Source of the DNA: a bacterium
GTDB lineage: Bacteria; Hinthialibacterota; Hinthialibacteria; Hinthialibacterales; Hinthialibacteraceae
DNA length: 64,000 nt
Assembly: GCA_963662285.2 (NCBI GenBank)
Contig: CAXXMV010000002.1
Coordinates: 1,120,001-1,184,000, forward strand
Reading direction: 5' to 3'
In this document: in pieces, positions 59,515 through 64,000 of the stretch
Layout: each line of letters opens with the position of its first letter
Position numbering within the stretch: position 1 is the first letter of the stretch
Program-made: the position numbers and the translations under genes
Notes under the pieces: generated by a model
What the model was told of the DNA's origin: nothing
Databases searched by the model: none
What the model saw: the letters and a program-made list of their open reading frames with translations, nothing else

Positions 59515-61935
59515 CTACACATAAAAAGTTTCACCATCGCGGCTTTTGCACCATAGGTTTATTGGTTGTTTGATGTTTTGGTCAGCCAGTTCTTTGGGGA
59601 GGTTGCTTTTTTCATCGTAGCATATCCAACCTTCGACTTGACCGAAATCACCTGCGGTGGTTGCTCCCAGCCAGCCGTTTTTGTTATTTAATTTAACTTC
59701 AATTTTCTCTTCGTCCTCTGACACCGTCATCAAGGCGGCGATGCGGGTTTTGCTGGATTTTTCGGAGGTTTCGGCTGTTACGTGCCAATGATTGGCTTTT
59801 TGTTTGTGATAGGCTTCAGGGATGCCTTGGTTGTAGGGCGTGTCGAACTGATCGGTTTGGCTGAGTTTTAAGTCATTGGAACAAGCCAGGGTTACTATTA
59901 ATCCCGCATTGCGGCGGTGGGAGATTATCAGTTTATCCTGGAGTACCATTTTTTCAAAAGCATGAAGCATCCATTGGAACTTACTGGGCGCCGGGGCTTC
60001 AATTTCATCCAGCATCAAGATGACGCCGGGACGCAGCATGATAATTCGCCGAATCCATTTATTAAGTTTACCCATGTAACCCGGCGTCGCGTCTCCGGCT
60101 ACATAGGAATAACCGGGAGCATCCTTGAAATCGATGATGGCGCCTCCAGCGGTAGTGCGAATCTGCTGCCCTTCACCATTAACCAGAATGCAATTGTTGG
60201 CTTTGGTGGAACGGGTCCACAGAGCATGGTGCGGTTTGCCATAGGATGGACCATAATAACCCGATGGAATAGCCAGCGCCGCCCCGCCTTTCATAATAGC
60301 GAAAGCGTTTTGGTCGGCGTGACTATGCGAGACGCTGCCGTAGGGGCTGCTTTTGAAAATGAGGCAGAGGTCGCTTTTTGGTTGTGTTAGGTCGCTATGC
60401 AATCCCGCCCAGCCGACGCTTTTGAATACCCGTGATTGGGGCAGGTCGGAAGGCGGTTTTACTGGCAGTTTATCATCGTGCAGCAGAGCGGTGAAACTGC
60501 TTTTGCCGCCTCTATAACCAGGTATCTGATTAACCCACCAGCCGATGTATGGATCATCATATTTATGAGCATGGAAGGACATCAATTCGGCGTATCCACT
60601 ACCCCCGTGAACGCCAGGGCCTCCAGTTTCAGCCGAATCGCCGAAGGGGCGTATTTCGCCATGATTGGCGGTGCAGTAAAAGAAAAAGTAGCGAATCTTG
60701 TTGAAGAAGGGACGCTGCCAAAGGTTGTAGCCGGTTAATTGGCGCAAACTCTCAAAGGCGGGGATGTAAAAAGAATTGTACCACAGACCGTAAGGAGTTC
60801 CTTCAGCCCATCCACCGTCAATCCCTCCCCAATGGGGGTAAATGGTCAAGAGAGCCTTGAGCGAATAGGTTAACCAGACTTCAGCATCAGGAGTTTCTCC
60901 GGCCATAGCCAGCGACATATCGGTTAGATATGCAATTAAGCGACCTTCGTGACTGTCGCCGGGATTGGTCAGGTAATTGTGTCGCTTCAGGCGGTGGTAG
61001 GTTTGCCAGGCGCGCGCTTTACACATAGTAAAGACTTTTTCCCGTTCCTCATCATTCAAGGCGGGGTAGAGCCAGTCATAAGCGATGTGGGCGCATTTGG
61101 AATATGATAACCCGATTTCGTCGCCCCACCTTGCGCTGACCGAGGTTACGTCGTCATCATCGGTCGGCCAGGATGCAATTTCCAGCAATATCTTTTTAGC
61201 AGCCACTGCATATTTATCTTCTTCGGTTACTAGAAAGGCCAGTGAAAGATTCATCAGAGCGCTATCAATATAGCCGCGGATATATTGAAAATATTTTCCA
61301 TACTCCAAACGCATTGCGCCGGGATCTTTCATAGTGTGATACGTCGGAAATTCAGGGGCGCCTTTGGAGAGCGATCTATCGGCGGACGCTTTACAGGATT
61401 TCCATGATTCAGCGCGTGTGGTGGATAATGAAGCCCGGATGCGTTTCAGGTCAGCCCGTGGATAAAGAATGCGGGAATGCTCTTCAGGGACTCTACCGAG
61501 CAGTTCTTTGGGATCGATCCAGGGCAGTTGGGCTGCTTGGGGCAATATGGTATAGGATTGGCGGCCATGTCGCGCTATTTCGGCGCCTTGCTTATTGAAT
61601 GCTATAACATCCCAGGTGTATTTACCTGAAGAGAAGACGCGATCCGGCAGATGAACCGGATCAGCGCCGACCTTTTGGCTGTATACCTGATTTCCGCCTG
61701 CATCGGATATCTCGACGCGGTAATCCACTGCTGACGGGCAGGGCAGCCAGGCCAATCCGACGGGTGATATTGGCATTTCGGCGCCATCGGTGGGACGAGG
61801 GAAAAGCATACGGCTGGAAGTCTGGGTAAGGAGAAATTTGTCGGATTGAGCCGCTTGGGCATTCATATTGCCCCAGGGTAGAGCGGCGTTTAATCCTAAT
61901 GCTCCAGCGGATTTTATGAAGTTGCGTCGTTTCAT
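59515..61935 (-). CDS. Tat-exported polysaccharide lyase (DUF4962 + heparinase II/III-like)
   Basis: KRRNFIK Tat motif; YDWLY, DGGWAEG..Y, PFGD, SSPYGSVSHSHADQNAF. Confidence 0.87.
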   Translation of the reverse strand: MKRRNFIKSAGALGLNAALPWGNMNAQAAQSDKFLLTQTSSRMLFPRPTDGAEMPISPVGLAWLPCPSAVDYRVEISDAGGNQVYSQKVGADPVHLPDRVFSSGKYTWDVIAFNKQGAEIARHGRQSYTILPQAAQLPWIDPKELLGRVPEEHSRILYPRADLKRIRASLSTTRAESWKSCKASADRSLSKGAPEFPTYHTMKDPGAMRLEYGKYFQYIRGYIDSALMNLSLAFLVTEEDKYAVAAKKILLEIASWPTDDDDVTSVSARWGDEIGLSYSKCAHIAYDWLYPALNDEEREKVFTMCKARAWQTYHRLKRHNYLTNPGDSHEGRLIAYLTDMSLAMAGETPDAEVWLTYSLKALLTIYPHWGGIDGGWAEGTPYGLWYNSFYIPAFESLRQLTGYNLWQRPFFNKIRYFFFYCTANHGEIRPFGDSAETGGPGVHGGSGYAELMSFHAHKYDDPYIGWWVNQIPGYRGGKSSFTALLHDDKLPVKPPSDLPQSRVFKSVGWAGLHSDLTQPKSDLCLIFKSSPYGSVSHSHADQNAFAIMKGGAALAIPSGYYGPSYGKPHHALWTRSTKANNCILVNGEGQQIRTTAGGAIIDFKDAPGYSYVAGDATPGYMGKLNKWIRRIIMLRPGVILMLDEIEAPAPSKFQWMLHAFEKMVLQDKLIISHRRNAGLIVTLACSNDLKLSQTDQFDTPYNQGIPEAYHKQKANHWHVTAETSEKSSKTRIAALMTVSEDEEKIEVKLNNKNGWLGATTAGDFGQVEGWICYDEKSNLPKELADQNIKQPINLWCKSRDGETFYV

Positions 61936-61990
61936 GGCGTTTTCCTCGCGTCGGGTATATTGGTGAGCCGCATTATCCTCCCCCCATCCA

Positions 61991-62016
61991 GTAGGGGCAA
62001 TCCTTCATGGTTGCCC
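61991..62016. repeat. GTAG-type REP (GTAGGGGC subtype)
   Basis: GTAG-GGGCAA...TTGCCC. Confidence 0.6.
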
Positions 62017-62054
62017 GGTGTGGAATAACCGCTATGCAATCCCTCCCCCCAAAC

Positions 62055-63561
62055 TGTACAGACCGGGTAGATGGGTAACACATGTTCGGGGACATGGGTT
62101 ACAGTTTTTTATCAAAACCGGGATTTATCCCAGGTTATTGTTTGAGTTTTTTTTTAGGCATCTAGAGATGCTCAGGATAATTGGTTGGCTTAGAGGGAGG
62201 AGGTGAATATTTCACCTCCTGCATTATCCCTCGCACCTCGGATCGGCTATCCCTGGCGGGTTGCACTCCTGCAGCGCCCGCTTCCGTTTCGCCCAACCAA
62301 TTTCTATTGTGACGCCTTTTTCTGGATTGCCAAGTTATCTTCTTTGATTTCATTCAAACGCAGATCGAGCGTCTTGATTTTTTGTCGGCAAAAATATACG
62401 TCCATCATCCCATCGGTCATAGCGGGTTTCAAGGCAACCGGGCATCCTACCAGGGCGCGGCTCACCCGGTAATCTTCACCACGGTACGCCACCCGACCTC
62501 CTTGTTGCACCTTCCTGATAATGCTGCCCGGCGCGTACTCGATATCCGGCAAACTTCCCGGATAAACAAAAGGACTGGACGTATAATGGTTAGCCGGGAC
62601 ATCCATATCCAGGGCTTCGTGAGGACGCTCAAAATTGTATTCATAACGCCACTCATCAAACCGCCTTTGGCAATATTCCAAATCCACAAACGATTCCCTT
62701 ATCAGCAATTCTTGCTTAAAGGTCCGGTGAAATCGCTCGACCTTGCCTTGGGTTTGCGGATGGTAGGGGCGACCGTGATACACGCGAATACCCAATCGTA
62801 TCAGCCATATTGTCAATCTGGTGTATTCGCAGGTTTTGCATCCTCCCCACGGACTTCCGTTATCCATCAACATCGCCCGAGGCATACCATACATCCTGAA
62901 CACGCTTTCCAGGGAGTCTTGCACGGTTTCCCTTTGCTGATTGGCGCACGAAAATAATCCGGGAACAAAGCGCGTGCAATCATCCAGAATGCTGAGCGGA
63001 TAACAGCGTGCTTTGAGCGTGGGAAAATCTCCTTTGAAATCCATTTGCCACAATTCGTTGGGCGTATCTTTTTCAAAACGCTTATAGGCTTTGTGCTTGT
63101 GACTTTCCTTTTCATCCAGCAATCCCAGTCGGCGTAACACGGCAGTAATAGTGCTGGCGCTAGGAACATTTTCGTATCCCAATTGAATCAGACGAGAGCG
63201 AATTTTGCGTCCTCCCCATCCTTTTTCGCGATTTTCTGTAATGGCTTGCTCGATAGACTTATCTGTTTGATGAGGGCAAGTATTGGGTTTTTTGGAACGG
63301 TCTTGGAGATTTTCGACTCCTCCTTCTTTGTACCGTTTGATCCATTTGTAACCCGTCTTACGGCTGATATCAAACCGTTTACATAATTGGCTGATGTTGC
63401 TTTCTTCTTGCTGGCTCAACAATACGAATTCTTTTCTCAGAGACATAAGGTCCACCTCGTTCCAGGGCATATTCTTCGCCTCCTTTCAAGGCTAGAATAC
63501 ACTCAGAAAATGTGTTACCTATGTCCCCGAACACCTGTTACCCATGTCCCAGGCCTTTACA
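62055..63561 (-). mobile_element. Complete IS481-family insertion sequence
   Basis: 5'-TGT...ACA-3' ends; 26-bp imperfect inverted repeats TGTACAGACCGGGTAGATGGGTAACA / TGTAAAGGCCTGGGACATGGGTAACA; subterminal repeat copies; 5-bp target duplication CAAAC (62050-62054, 63562-63566). Confidence 0.92.
62304..63470 (-). CDS. IS481-family transposase (rve integrase core)
   Basis: MPWNE..., ISRKTGYKW, WQMDFKG, DNG.PW, PYHPQTQGKVERFH, YNFERPHEAL. Confidence 0.95.
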   Translation of the reverse strand: MPWNEVDLMSLRKEFVLLSQQEESNISQLCKRFDISRKTGYKWIKRYKEGGVENLQDRSKKPNTCPHQTDKSIEQAITENREKGWGGRKIRSRLIQLGYENVPSASTITAVLRRLGLLDEKESHKHKAYKRFEKDTPNELWQMDFKGDFPTLKARCYPLSILDDCTRFVPGLFSCANQQRETVQDSLESVFRMYGMPRAMLMDNGSPWGGCKTCEYTRLTIWLIRLGIRVYHGRPYHPQTQGKVERFHRTFKQELLIRESFVDLEYCQRRFDEWRYEYNFERPHEALDMDVPANHYTSSPFVYPGSLPDIEYAPGSIIRKVQQGGRVAYRGEDYRVSRALVGCPVALKPAMTDGMMDVYFCRQKIKTLDLRLNEIKEDNLAIQKKASQ

Positions 63562-63592
63562 CAAACTTGGGGGGGAGGGATTGCTGCAAACT

Positions 63593-64000
63593 CTATTCTT
63601 CTATTTCAATACGGATCGTATGCGTTACAGGGACAAACGCTTCTTTGATTGCTTTAGCCATTGGAGCGCGGGTTTTTTCGGTTAGAGCGGCGGTCATTTC
63701 CATATCAGCGCGGCCTTCGTCGCCGTGGAATAACGTTTTGATCTGTTTGGTTTCATAGGATTGCTTCTTGATTACGGCTTCATCCACCTTGTTAAATGCT
63801 TCGCTGAAGGGATTGACGTGGAAATCGGCGGCCAGGTTTACGCCTTTGGTAAGTTCGGCGGCGGAATAACTCTTGGATGTTTCGCCCCAGGTCACTTTAT
63901 AGCGGTCAGCTTTGGCGTTGCTGACTTTTAGCATGAATCTGTTCAACTCTTGATTGAAAGGAACCAGTGTCATGCCCGAACGAATACTGGAATCCTGATC
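63593..64000 (-). CDS. C-terminal part of a protein running off the window end (possibly SGNH/GDSL hydrolase-associated)
   Basis: Frame open to 64000; PFNQELNRF.L, Y.AAEL.KGVNLA. The family assignment is from resemblance only. Confidence 0.5.
   Translation of the reverse strand, partial: DQDSSIRSGMTLVPFNQELNRFMLKVSNAKADRYKVTWGETSKSYSAAELTKGVNLAADFHVNPFSEAFNKVDEAVIKKQSYETKQIKTLFHGDEGRADMEMTAALTEKTRAPMAKAIKEAFVPVTHTIRIEIEE

Overview
This is a bacterial chromosomal window with about 45 genes. No rRNA, tRNA or CRISPR array is visible. The gene content suggests a diderm, glycan-degrading, PVC-like or Sumerlaeota/Hinthialibacterota-like organism; this is inference only. Housekeeping and metabolic genes include hisF, pyrE, pepA, an NrpR-like regulator, an HtrA protease, a GDPD, a Ni/Co ECF transporter, a BlaI/BlaR1 pair, an ECF sigma module, a sugar porter and glycan enzymes. 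These are interspersed with three complete IS elements (IS5-, IS4- and IS481-family, each with visible terminal inverted repeats and target duplications), an unannotated IS110 remnant with a structured non-coding end, and at least three REP-like palindrome families. The most notable observations are: (i) a short C-terminal motif V-x-x-[W/F]-x-x-[Y/F] on four secreted proteins from three unrelated families, a candidate protein-sorting signal; (ii) an AT-rich, translationally coupled three-gene island led by a TIGR04255-like gene, a candidate defence or toxin-antitoxin system; (iii) two secreted paralogs with variable AT-rich N-termini and a near-constant GC-rich C-terminus, each followed by the same palindromic repeat; and (iv) a hidden PIN-toxin relic split by the IS4 element.
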